This document shows, piece by piece, positions 20,301 to 34,125 of a DNA stretch of 64,000 bases (its first letter is position 1; each line of letters begins with the position of its first letter). Location of the stretch: the NCBI RefSeq assembly GCF_009914755.1, contig NC_060930.1. The stretch is one strand, 5' to 3'. The notes below the pieces were generated by a model. It did no database searches. It had not been told where the DNA came from and worked only from the letters and a program-made list of their open reading frames with translations. A program made the translations under genes and the position numbers. Source of the DNA: the human T2T-CHM13v2.0 reference genome, Homo sapiens.

Positions 20301-21044
20301 ATATATGTATGTACATGTATGTAAGCATTATCCATTGTGTTTTCTAAATTCACAACAGTATACAACGTATGTTGTGACCACTGTATTATGGTGTCATTTT
20401 TGGCTCTCAAATCACTAGACAATGCACTTCTTGAACACTAGAAAGGACTGTTGTTTGTATTTCTTATGTGAGAGATGTTAACAATGTGTCTATGCAACCG
20501 TGAGAAAGATGACTGCAGAGTATCTACAAGTATATTTAATACCTTGAATGTGCATAAAATTCAATAATGTAAACACAATTTATGTGCATTCAATATTTTT
20601 ATTCATTAATAATGCCACTTTAAGAAAATCAGTCTTAGAACATACAATGAAAAGAGCAAGATATCATTGGAAAAAATCTACACCTTTTGTTCTGCCATAT
20701 TGAAGGCCGTTGCTTCACACTCTCCATTGGCCATGTGTTTTATGCAGTCTTCCAAATCTTTTGCAGAAACATTTCCATAGCTTTGTGCATTTATTCAATC
20801 ATGTTTATAGTTTATTTGTCTTCGAAAGTATTTGAGGGTCTTATAAATGCAATCAAATAAAAATCTCTACACTGAGAGAAAAAGACAAGAGCTAATGAAT
20901 AGAGAGTAGGAAAGAGAAGAAAATAAGCAAAAACACCTATACTGAGTGAGGCAACTGCATTTGAACAAAAAGCCTCTCTGAAAGATCTGAGGGCCTATTT
21001 ATTTACTCAAGAAACATTTGAGTGCCTGTTTTGTGTGACATACC

Positions 21045-21432
21045 ATGGAAGTTGGCTTAAGTCAGGCTTCCCTAAAAGCAGAGCCTAAGATGGGATTCTT
21101 GTATAAGCGATTTACAGAAGAAACCTGTAACAGAGTGAGGGAAGCAGACAAGAGAAGAGAAGAATGCAGGCAAAATGTGGTTTCAGGAGCATCAAGTCTC
21201 TCCCTGATCTCACAAGACACTCTGGAGCACGACAGAATTTCTCCTGCCTTGAAGCAAGGGGCGAGGCTTGCCCTCACAGGGTGGGGAGATGGGCAGTAAC
21301 TTCCCAGTATCTCCAGGCCAGGTAGATCCTGTAGACTAAGGTAACCCTCCAGGAATGGGTGTAGATAGAAGCTTGTAGCAGCCAACACCCATGGCAACTG
21401 AGCCCACCCTAGCCTGGCACCAACTGCACCTG
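21045..21432. mobile_element. Old ERVL-MaLR (MLT1-type) LTR
   Basis: ggcttccctaaaagcagagcctaagatgggattc.. resembles old MLT1 LTRs; subfamily not resolved. Confidence 0.4.
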
Positions 21433-21547
21433 TACAGAGGTGAAATAAAACACAATCCTTAACATCACTGACACAGAATCCTTGATGGCTTTTGAGTGAA
21501 AGTGAAGACATGATTTTAAAAAGAACTTTGATAATATTAACCTCACA

Positions 21548-21840
21548 GGCCGGGTTCAGTGGCTCACACCTGTAATCCCAGCACTTTGGGAGGCCGAGGC
21601 GGGCAGGTAACTTGAGGTCAGGAGTTCGATACCAGCCTGGCCAACATGGTGAAACTCTGTCTCTACTAAAAATACAAAAATTAGCTGGGCATGGTGGTGT
21701 GCACCTCTAATCTCAGCTATGTGGGAGGCTGAGGCAGGAGAATCTCTTAATCCCAGGAGACAGAGGCTTCAGTGAGCCGAGCTCACATCACTGCACTCCA
21801 GTGTGGGCGACAAAGGAGACTCTATCTCAAAGAAAAGAAA
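21548..21840 (+). mobile_element. AluS
   Basis: GGCCGGG start, dimer, A-rich tail. Confidence 0.95.
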
Positions 21841-21879
21841 ACTATTCTTGTAGTCTAATCAATAAGTAATAAAGGGCAT

Positions 21880-22760
21880 GATTATAAAAACCAGTGAAAT
21901 GGCTGATGGGAGTGACATCAAGGAGATTGAATGAACACAGAACAGGCAAAGGACTTAAGTTTCAGAAGTGATTGCTGACGTATCAAGTCTGAAATGATAG
22001 TGCCTTTAAATGAAGTAGAAAACACTTGAAGAAAACATTCTTTTAGAAGAGATGAGTCAGTTTGAAGCCTACAGCATTAGGGCTACGGAAAGAATCTGCA
22101 ATCAAAAGCCCCTTAAGATGTGAGCTGAGTAGAAGAACCAAGTTTACTGTTAGCAAGTCATCAGTTTAAGGGTGATAACTAAAGCCATCACAATGGGGTG
22201 AGGGGGCAGTGTGCAAGGGAGAAACTAGAAAGAAAAGAACTGAAAGTAGAACCTTGAAATTTGGGTAAACCTATATATAGGAATGGGGTGGAGAGATGAA
22301 CTAGAAAGTTTAAAGTATAGAAAAGTGGGAGAATAAGAAGAAAGTTTTGAAAGGGAGGAGACTGCGAACTGATAGGAAATTCTTCAGAGGTATCGGAGGA
22401 TGGAGGTTGAGAAAAAGCCATTGGTGATCTTGAAGGAAGCTGGTTTCTTAGCATGTCTGTGTTGCACAGAGGCAGACATGACACTGCACGGATCTCAAGA
22501 GTGTAGTAGATATTGAGAAAGTCAGGGGATTATGAACTATTATTCTCAAAAGCTGAGGTGTAAAGAGAGATGGCATAAGACTACATTGGGAGAGGTCAAG
22601 GAAAATCTTTGTTTCTTTTTTTCTCATAAGTGTATATATATATATGTGAATACTCAACTACGATTACAAACTGAAGCAAAGAAGTCTGTAAATAGGGAGA
22701 AACTGAAGATGCAAGCACAACAAACAATAATAAATTATCCAGACATACCGGAAGAGGCCA
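21880..22760 (-). mobile_element. L2 LINE fragments
   Basis: Purine-rich antisense L2-like sequence (ccattggtgatcttga.., gagtcagtttgaag..). Confidence 0.5.
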
Positions 22761-25168
22761 AAAGGGAAGGCACAGGTATAAACATGGGTCAGCATCTTTA
22801 CCTTGAGGACACAGGAAAAGGAAAGGAGGGGCATGGACACTCACTTTGAGGACAAAGTAGAAATAAAGGCTTATTGCATATTCACATTGCATATGCATAT
22901 TCTTCTCATATAGAAAGAATTTTTTAGTGTAGATATGATTTAGTAAAACATTTGCTGTTTATAAGAGGCATTAATCACAAGATTGTTTTCAGGCCAATAG
23001 ATACACCTACTACTTTCTTCCCTCATGAACAGCGAGCCCAACTTAGGTAAAAGTAGAGAGAAATATAGAAGTAGAGGAAGTCAAACTAAACGATGGTGAA
23101 AGGGGCAGGCCTTGGGATAAGAAAAAGTCTATTATTGCAATTTCAGTTTAATTTCAGTTTTGCTAGGTTTTTCAAGCTGCTGGGGAAAATGTGGGCATTT
23201 CATTTTATCCCTTTTATCTAAGACTCCTTTCCTTTGTAAATTACCAGTGGTATCTTACAAGAGCATTTCTGTTATCAGACATTTGTCTGAATTCATTTAT
23301 TTTGTTTCACAAATTCATTTTGTCAGAACACAGTTCTAACTCCTTGGAAAACTTTGTTTTATTGGTATAATATAAATGAGGTCAGGGTAAAATATTGTCA
23401 AAATTAAATTGTTCTTATCTTTATTGCTTTTGGCAACTTTCACGTTTTATGTCTCTGTGCACATTCTGTAAACTGTCATTTATTTTTTCTCAAATGGTAT
23501 AAAATTTCTGAAGCATGCTAATTATGTATCGTTTCCAAGCGAGGAAATGCCAAGGGACTGGCTTACCATATGAAGAGTCCTGCCTGTGTTTTATCAGTAA
23601 GTCCTTGTGGTTATGGTGATACATTTTTGTATACTCTACTGGTAACTTACTATGGGCTTAAAAACCTTTTTCACTGGGAGCTTATGCAAGTGAATGTGGT
23701 GTGTTTCTTTGCAGCTGTTGCCATAGAAATAAAGACCTTTTCAAAGTAAAATGAGGATGGCATAAGAATTACAAATTCAAAAGAAGTTACGCTTCTAATT
23801 TAATATCAAAAATGGTGCACTATTCCCTTTCTTTTTAATTTTGTCAAAATTGCATGACCTGAGTGCGTCTAATATACTTTTATTAGATAATTTCTAGTAT
23901 CAGAAAAGCTAAAGCCGAAAAAATGGAATAGATGAATTCCCCACAGCATTCAGTAGGATGGGCTTTAATCTTTAATCTTTTATTCTTAAGACTTATAATA
24001 TTTCTAATTGTCTTCTGCATGCTCTACCTCCATACTACTTTCTATCTTATTTTCCATTTAAATCTAATTACCTATAATGGGCTTTCTTAAAAACAAACCA
24101 TTTATTTTGCTTTCTTTCTTTACCACATCATTTTCAACAACAAGGCACATTTTCTAGCATTAACACACACAGAAGGATGAACAAATCTATAAAACTTTCT
24201 CAGATTTTATTACTGTTCATGTTCAGACTTTGAAAGCCTTGTAGACTTCTTTTGAAAATGAAAAAAAAACCTGAAGCAGTTACACAAATTAAAGTTTATA
24301 CCAGAATGTAAATCAACACACAGCTCCCTTCATTGAGAAATTCTTGCTAAAAAGAAATGTCAGCAGACCTAAACAATAGGCTTAATGACATGGCAAAAAT
24401 TGTGAATTTGTAAAGATTAATATGTTAATTTGGAGATTATTTTATTTTGAGATAATGTGGAAAATGACCATGCATGCTGAGGTATGATGGTTATTGAGGA
24501 GAAAAATTTTATCAAAAATATTAGGATTATAGAATTAATTCATTGTTTCTGCAAGTTAAGAAACCAGTTTATTCTTACTTTTTTAAAAATAAAATTTGAA
24601 TAGTTTTATAGACTTGCTTATTTGTCTGTTATCATCAGTATTTTAAATAATGTCAATATTTCTATGCAAAGAAAGAATGTAATGTGTTTTTTAATGGTAG
24701 GAAAAAATAAAAGAGTGAACACTGAAGTTTCTAGAGATTGTTACAATATTATTCTCATAGCTTTACAACAGTTATCAAAGAAACAAGTGATGTTCTTGAT
24801 ATTCTACATCAGTGAAAAGTTATCTTCAAATATTTAACAAGTTTGATAAAACATTTCAAATTTTATTTTCCACCAAAAGAAGATGCATATATAGGAATTC
24901 TAGAATGTTGAATTTATTTATTTCATTGAGAGGTTGTTTAACTTTAATAAATAATTTATAGGGTGATTTGCTTTAACTGACTACTGATGAAGAATTGAAG
25001 ATTAATTTTCAAAATACAGCATCACTTGCTCCATTTTTAAATAAAAGTTGTAAATAATATTCTGAGAGTCTAAAATTACTTCAAAATTTCTTCTTCCATT
25101 TCCTTCAAAATATCTTTGTTAAAATGATTTCTATCTTAATGTCATTAAAACAAAATAATGAAGCACTT

Positions 25169-25841
<673 letters not shown>

Positions 25842-27654
25842 CCCTATAAGAAATGTCAATTCAACTTGAAGTAGATATGTTAACAAGCAAAAAGCAGGAT
25901 CATGTCTTACATTAAAAACTATATAATAGTGTTTATTTCTTCAAAGAGTGCATATAGGTACTTTGTATGGGAAATCACTATTTCACTCATGATTTTTTGT
26001 TTCATTGTAATTACAAAATGATAAAAAGTTAATGAGTGCCATAGGGAATCTTTATGTGCCTTATACACACTTTAAATAAAGTGTACAGTTTTGTAATTTT
26101 TTTCATTTTTCCCTAATTTTTAAAAATTTTATTTTTAAGGCATAATTTTTTGTTTGTTGAATTCAGTAATATACACTGGAATTTATACTTCATATGTGTT
26201 TATTTCATTTTTTTCTAGCAATTCAGCTTTGTTATGTTTTATAAAAGTACTGATTCATGACAGATTGGATATTTTAAAAACCAGTCCTTTCCCATAGAAT
26301 TAGAGAAGTGCTGATTTAGTAGGTTGCATTGATTATAGGCTAAAACTGAAACAACAAAAACTTTATCACCAGCAGAAGGAATTCATTTTACTGAAGTATG
26401 ATTAGTTAAGCTTTTTAAAACAGTTTAGCCTTGTAATAATTAAGAGAAATGTGCACTTAGCCAGGTCAATTCTGAAAATTAACCAGCAAAATATACAATG
26501 AATTCTCAGCTATGCAACATATGTTACCAGGACTTAGAACCCAGGCAGCCATATTCTATATAAAGCAAGGATAACATGTTTCACTGTCTGTTCTGTTTTA
26601 TTCCTGGCTACCTGGACTAGTTCTGCTGGAGTCCATATGCAGGGCAAGACAACCAGTAGGGCTAAAACTGATTATATAAATAGAATTTCTGAAAAAGTAT
26701 TATAAGAGGAAAGAGCAGTTTCCTCCCTCAACTCTTTCAACCTTTTTTCCCCCCGGAAAAAAGATAAAATGAAGTTAATGGACAATTTGTGAAGAATAGT
26801 CCAACTTACCTTTTTAAAATTGGAAGATCCCTTTTACACAAAGATTTAAACAGATAATCTATTATATGACCACTTATAGCTAAAACACCCTCAAGTTTAA
26901 CAAAAAGGACAGTTATTTGATAGATTTAGGTATGTGGACAGCCAAACAAGCAGAAACCATTTAAGATAAGATAATCCAGGTAACGGTTGGTGAAGATAAC
27001 TAACTTTAGGATCGAGTTTAGACTTAATGTTGACTGGCACGAGGATGCTGAGATTTAAAGAAGTTAATATGACTTGTTCAGAGTCACAAAGCCAGAAATT
27101 GGTAGTCATGTTCAAGTCTATGGCCGAATTCTGCTCCCTCAATAGCCATATTTTTCAACCCATGAGTTGTGATCCATGAGCAAGTCAGAAATCAACTTAG
27201 TGGGTGACAATCAGATTTTCTTTGAAATATTAACAAATGGCCAGAATACAATAGAATATACAAAATGGTTTAACCAATGTAGAGGAAAATCAGTGTCGTC
27301 AGAGAGAAGCCTGATACTGACACAGAAGTTTCTCTGCCTATTTTCCTCTGCTCAGCCCGTTTTCTGTCTGGAGGCTGCCTTGATTCATTCCCCTACTAAT
27401 CACTTTGATTTTCCTTCTCTTCCAGATGTACAGCTTGTGCAGATGAATATTAGGTGGTGGGTAGAGATGCTCCCTCTGCTGTAGAGTGGCTTTGGTGAAG
27501 CCAACCAACCCACAGACCTTACCTCTATAAGGAGGGCTGTTTGTTGTTTGATTAGTTTATGCCTCTGATGTATATCTGGTTCCTTGAAATTTTTATTAAT
27601 AAAATGTAACCCTCTGTATAACCTCACCAAAGTAAAATCTCAAAAGGCATTAAT

Positions 27655-27860
27655 TCTGGAGTCTTGCAAACTCCTGGGTGAGCCCTGCCTGTGTGACCCA
27701 GGGAATACTACTTAGCCTCTCTGAGTCTCAGTTCTTCAGTTATACAACCGAAATAATACTAATGGTACCTAACCCGAAGTTGATGATTAGAAAAATATAT
27801 GTGTAAAGTAGCCAATACAGGGCCTATCACATGCTAGGTATTCAATAATTGCTAATTATT
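27655..27860 (+). mobile_element. MIR
   Basis: ctgtgtgacc..cttagcctctctgagtctcagtt core motif. Confidence 0.6.
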
Positions 27861-29629
27861 ATATCATAGTTATAATATTAATTTCTAAGTATTTGAACAT
27901 AATAAAATCCTCTAGCACTAAAACCATGGAAAAGATTTAGTGTTTCTTTTGGAATCCGAAGACTTTTCTGGATTTGTTGCTAGCACAGTTGCCCAGGAAG
28001 AAGTGTGACTAGCCAGTGGGTGTTTGGGGGTGAAATCCAGCCTGTGCCCTGCTAACTACTAACACTGTACCTCAGTGTAGAGCTGCAGCTAATAGGGAAA
28101 GCACTGTATCTGCTAAATGGAGCTCTGTCTCCTGAGTCATTAAGCCAGTTAGCACTGTCCTACAGAAGCTTGGAAGTGCCAGTTAGTAGACTTTTCCATT
28201 TAGTAAAGTGCTGAATAAATAAACTTTTACTACAACTGGTTTCTTTAAAGTGTTTGTACTTCTAATGATATTCTAGAACAGTTTTGAATTTTTTTCTCTT
28301 TGTCATCACATAGATGCTTGTAAAACCAGCCGAATATCAGGAATAAACTATTTATAACATAGGTTGACATGGTACTATTTGAAATGTTTTGTGGACTGCA
28401 GATGTTTCATAAGGATTCTTTATTCTTTTTCCTTCCATTCCTTGATGTTATGGAATATGTCAGAAGGCTTTTTTAAGGTCACCATATATCTAACCTCTTG
28501 AAAACGTATACTCTTATTTCAAAGCTCTAAGAAACTGGTACCTGGATCACTAGACCCAAATTTAACTTCAGCTTGCTCAGTTTACATCTTAAACTCCATT
28601 TAAAAATTGTTATTGTGCTATTAGAGAAAAGTCCCATATGATACCCAATTTGTATTTTGAAATTCAGCTGGATAAATTGAAATGCTGAAAGTGAGTTATG
28701 CTATTGCAACACTCACCATATATTAATAACTGAACTGATATTTGCGGGATAAGGTTTTTCTATCAGAGAAAAATAAAATGATGTTAAACTGCTAGATTCC
28801 TTGGATGGTTAGTTCTTTTCTGGGGTGAAAGACTTGAGCAACACTAGACCCCAGTATACACAACCTCAAAAACTAATTGAGGCTTTGCCCTATAATATAA
28901 TAAATGGCCCTATACTTTTCGTATTTCTATATTTTACTACTCTAGAAATATTTCCATTTGGAAATGTTACCTATCCACAACAGAATTCAGCATTCACAGC
29001 AGTTAAATATAACAAACTATACACACCCCTGCCCCACCCCCCTGACACACACACACCAAGGATAAATCTTAAAAACAATAATATTGAATACAAGAAAAAA
29101 TACATAAGTACATATATTTCTTTTTTAAGAGTACATGAAACAGAAAGATAATGTAAACTCGTGAGAGTAGTTATCCCAAGAGGAAGGTGAGGGAAAAAGG
29201 ACTACAGATGGTCAAAAAGTATTTCCATTTAATCTATGATATTTTGTTGATTAAAAAATTCTTGAAGAAAATATCTCAAACTGTTACTAGTTGTTAATGC
29301 TGTGCTGTGGGAAAATAATCATTTGTTATGTTACTCTTTTTACATATCTGCATTTTAAAACTATCTCAACAAAATAATTTCAAATTTTTTACAAAGGTTT
29401 TATCTCATGTTATCTACAGCAAAAACAAAAATAAAAACAAAAACATCACCAGATCTTAAAGAACTTTCAAGGCATAATTAGTTTCATGGTTTTGATGTCG
29501 ATGCTCATCTCAAAGTATAGTAATGAATGCGATCACACTTTTTCTCATTAGTACAAACTCCTCATTTGTCTAGTACCTTTCAAAAAGTTACGTTTACTTC
29601 CATTTTCATTGTTAGCTCAGTCCAAAAAC

Positions 29630-30350
29630 AAGAACAAATATTTATTGAGCACCTATTGTTTGCCAGAAACTGCTGTAGGCAGAGGATAAACCAATGGACA
29701 CAATAGACTGGGAATCAGCAGACTACAGCCCTTGGGCCAAATCTGGTGTACCATGTGTTTTTTTTTAAATAAAGTTTTATTGGAACACATTCATGCCCAT
29801 TTGCTTACATATTGCCTTTGGGTGCTTACAATAGCAGAGTTGAGTAGTTGTGACAAAGACTATATGTCTCACAAAGCCTAAAATATTTACTTTAAATATT
29901 TCTTACTTTTCACAGGAAAAGTTTAGTAACACCTAAAATAGTCAAAAACCTCTGCCCTCATGGAACTTACATTCTATTATGGAGACAGATGGCCACAAAA
30001 TAAATAAGTTTTAGTGTGGTTGATGGTGATACATGCAACCAAGATTAAGAAAGCAGAGGAAGGGGATATGCAGTGTTGTGTGGAAGTCAGAGAAAGCCTT
30101 GCTGCCAAGCTGACCGTGGAGCAAAGATCTAAAATAGATGAGGGCCATGTGAAAAGCTGAGGGAAGCTCTTTCTAGGTAGGGGAAGCAGCAGGTGCAAAG
30201 GTCTGAGGCAGAAATTTCAAGGAACTTTAGGAGGTCGGTATGGCTAGAATGGTGAAGGAAGATGAGAGGAGGTCAGAGAGTCCACACGGAAAGGCAGAGC
30301 ACAGCCTTGCAGGTCATTCATTATAAGGAGTTCAGCTTTTACTCTGAGTA
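29630..30350 (-). mobile_element. L2 3' end, interrupted by MER58A
   Basis: aaatatttattgagcaccta.. (antisense L2 tail), resumes at cctctgccctcatggaacttacattcta. Confidence 0.7.
29709..29935 (+). mobile_element. MER58A (hAT-Charlie)
   Basis: gggccaaatctgg..aaataaagttttattggaacac..gcagagttgagtagttgtgaca; decayed 8-bp TSD CAATAGAC/AAATAGTC. Confidence 0.8.
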
Positions 30351-32746
30351 AGGGCCCTCATTTGTCTGTTGTAAAATCTAGACTGTTCATTTCATTTAGA
30401 AACAGAGGCCAAAGCTATAGATACTGACTCCTTAGGTCAAATGCTATTCAAGTCTGAAAACTTCAATTCTAACCTCGCCAGCAATGGTAAGGATCGCCAC
30501 ACTGCCAGTTCTTACCAGTGCTACCAGGGGAAGAAAGCAAGAAAACTGGTGACTATATGTTGCCACAATTTGAAAAACATTTCTGTGACACATCTATCCC
30601 ATAAGTTATCCATGATGACACACTAGTGTCGGCACTAGAGAGCACATGCTATGTAAGGTTTTATTTCAGGCCAGTAGGTTGGCCTCAATAACATTAAATT
30701 TCAAACTGAGGATTTGGGGTATATTTTTCTTAGATATTTGCCAAGAATGTAATTGATCACTGGCTCTACATCTGAATGTGTTCAGCCACCTTCTACGTGC
30801 CCCTAGGCAGTTTAATTCCTCTGGGAATGCTTGGGACCTTCTGCACAGAAGAATGGGTAGACCTTTCACAGAGAGTTCATTCCGTGGCAGCTACCATACC
30901 TGCCCTCCAGAATTTATAGTCTAATCATGAGGAAAAGATCATAGAAAGCCCCTTTCAAATGTATATATTTCTCTTAAATGCCTCTCAGATCTTCATATAT
31001 TCTAGCCCACTATCTTTAGGCAGGTATGTTTTTATTCCTTTTTTTTCCCTAAGGTAGAAATTGCTCAGGCTGAGAGATTATGTGACTTTTTCAGATTCAC
31101 TTAATTAATAAATGAAAGAGGATGTACTAGTGGTCAGGTATCTGGCTTCTCATACAATGCACATTTTTTTTCTATCCTGTTTTTTAAGTCAATGATCAAT
31201 TTGTGTCATAAATATATGAGTTAGAATCTGTATCACCTCAATATAATATACACCCTTCTAAAATATAAAGCATGACTATGGGTAACAAGTATTGAAAGTA
31301 TGCCAAAATAGAAATATTGCTGCTCCAATCATCCAAAGCCACTATGTCCACGTTTAATGCAGACTTATAATTCTTGAAAATACTGGTGAACTACTATTCT
31401 CTTTTGTGGATCTATTTAAATAGCCTTATTTTTTTGTGCAGAACAAAACTTATATTGAGGAAAGAAGAGAAATATTCTAATACCAGACTATGAGCTCCTC
31501 GAGGGCAAGATCTGTGTATAATTTTTCTCTTTACTCTCCAACATCCAGCATATAATAAACACTTAATAAATATACAAATGCTTATCATTGATACAAGACT
31601 GTCTTTATTTTTCCCATTCATTTGTGTTCCTAAGTGGCAGTTGATTTCTCATTAAAGTAGTAAAAAATCTGTAACTTCGATTGTTTCCAACATTAGCTCC
31701 TGTAGTTTTAGTTATTGTTGATTTTTGAAAGATTTAAATTAAGGGTCTGTCTTCAGGAGCTCAAACATCTAAATGAACGTATGAATATTGCCATGTAATT
31801 TTATGTTTGAATCCCATAGACAAGTGACTGGATTTTTCTCTTTGCCTCTGGAGATCTTGACATCAAATAGATTTCACCTACATGTGTTTTCTCTTTTGAA
31901 TGGATTTAAATCATATTTCTTCAATTTGACTTTTTCCAAATAATCATCTGGTAAAAATACTTTATTATGTGTAAGAAAAAGATCAATATAACTTTACTTA
32001 AATGTATAGTTTTTTCTCAGTTGTTGGTTTGTCAGCCATGATCCAAGATAAGGGCTTTTTTTCTTTCATTAACCCCTCAAGGCTCTCATTTGCAAAGTCA
32101 ATGGGACAGTTAGGCATGTATTTTTTAGGGCATCTTTGTAGCTTTGATTCTATATTTTAAAAGATGCCCAAACTATGGCATTATTTCCCATAAGATCTCT
32201 AAGTTATTGGTTGATCAAAATATAAATGAGACAATAAACTACATTTGCATATTTCTGTGGATGAGTTTAAACATCCTTGTTTCTCCTGCAAGGTCTTTCA
32301 CTTGAGTTAGGCCAGCCAACTGACATATTGCTCATTAATCATACATATTAACTGGAGTAGTTAATGCTTCAAAATCCAACTTACCATTCTGTCCACAGGG
32401 ACTGGTTTGTGTTTTCTAAATGTGATGACATATGCTTCAGACACTGCTAATTAGGCCTTTCCCTTGAAAATTCATCCTGACATGTTTCAAGAACACTTTT
32501 CTCCCTTGAGTACAAGTTCATTAAATTATTAATATCCTTTTATAAGTCTTGTAGGACTACTTACACAATGCAGCTTTCTCTGTTTTCAAAACTATAGTTT
32601 ATAATGAAGGATGAAATAGATCTCACTTCCTTATACTGTATATCTTTTTTTCCAGTCAAAAACAATGGGCTGGGTAAATATCAGAGAATAATAGATACTA
32701 TATTCAGTTACATAAAATGTTAATGTAAGATTAAAAATATTTTTTA

Positions 32747-32952
32747 GCCTGGGCAACATAGAGACACCCATCTCTACAAAAAAATTAACAATTTGCTAAG
32801 TATGGTGGCACATACCTGTAGTCCCAGCTACTTGGGAGGCTGAGGCAGGAGGATACTTAAGCCCACGAGGTTGAGGCTGCTGTGAGCAATGATCACACCA
32901 CTTTACTTCAGCCTGGGTGACAGAGCAAGACTCTTATCTCAAAAAAAAAAAA
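32747..32952 (+). mobile_element. 5'-truncated AluJ
   Basis: agcctgggcaacatag.. followed by a J-type right monomer and poly(A). Confidence 0.85.
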
Positions 32953-32987
32953 GATTTGCACATGGAAATGGAAATGGAAATGTTATA

Positions 32988-33326
32988 CGGTCAGCTGTTT
33001 GTATCTGTGGGTTTTACATCCGTGGATTCAACCAACCATGGATTGAAAATATTTGAAAAGAAAATATGGTTACATCTTACTGAACATGTACAGACATTTT
33101 TTTGGTCATTATTCCCCAAACATTACAATATAACAACTATTTACATGGCATTTTCATTGTACGTATTATAAGTAATCTAAAGATGATTTAATGTATATGA
33201 GAGGGTGTGTGTAGCTTATATGCAGATTCTATACCATTTTATATAAGATACTTGAATGGCTATGAATTTTGGTATTGGACAGTGGGGATCTGGAACAAAT
33301 CTCCCACAGATACCAAGAGATGACTG
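32988..33326. mobile_element. MER2 (TcMar-Tigger MITE)
   Basis: TA|CGGTCAGCTG..gtggattcaaccaacc..GATGACTG|TA, TA target duplication, 339 bp. Confidence 0.8.
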
Positions 33327-33499
33327 TACATATAATCGACTCTACACACCTGTAAGGAAGTGTTATAAGCAATCTAAAACAGATAACCTAAAATTAGTTC
33401 TATTGAGCTTCTGTATTAAATGATGAATTTGGTGGCAATTTTACCTTCTGGCCTATTATCTACCTAAGCAGGTGCTTATACCAACCTATATAATATGAC

Positions 33500-33895
33500 C
33501 TTTTTAAGACGAAACTCCTAACGGCTTCACATCACAATCACAGTAATGAAACTCAGAGCACTCACCATAATCTACAAGGCCCAGCCTAATCTGGCCTGCC
33601 TGCCACCCAACCACACACTTGCTCTTCTCTAGCAACCTGTGTTTCTTTCTATTCCTTGAAGAATTTGTTCTTGCTGTTCCCTCTACTGGACAGCTTTCCC
33701 TGGATGCACCTGGATGCTCTTTCTCAGACCTTGCATGATCCTTGGACTCACTTTGTTCACATTTCTGCTGAGGGCTTCCCTGATTTTTCTATCTAAAACA
33801 GCACACCTTCCTGTATAACTCTGTACTGCCTTACCCTGCTTTATTTTTCTGTATTTCCTATCACTATCCAAAATTCGTATCTTTATTTATTTAGT
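33500..33895 (+). mobile_element. L2 fragment carrying a templated insertion (see findings)
   Basis: ctacaaggccc..ttgctgttccctcta..cctggatgctct..ccctgctttatttttct L2 motifs. Confidence 0.65.
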
Positions 33896-33904
33896 TCTTA
33901 GAGA

Positions 33905-34125
33905 TGCAATAAGTATAGCCTAGTGGTAATGGTCAGAGATGATACAGCCAAGTTGCCTGGATTCGAGTCTTAACTCTGGTGTTTACTGGCCCCATAACCT
34001 TGGGCAAGTTATGTTGTCACTAATTTGCCTCACCCTTAAAATGGGAATACCTCAAATATATTTTGAGGATTAAATGAATAAATATGTGTAAGTTTCTTTG
34101 AATGATATTTGGCATCTATTACTAT
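33905..34125 (+). mobile_element. MIR
   Basis: gcctggattcgagtc..accttgggcaagtta..aaaatgggaata..gaggattaaatga. Confidence 0.65.

Noticed and set aside
23718-23731. RFX X-box-like GTTGCCATAGAAAT
   Set aside because: The second half-site is imperfect, and single motif matches are expected by chance in 64 kb.
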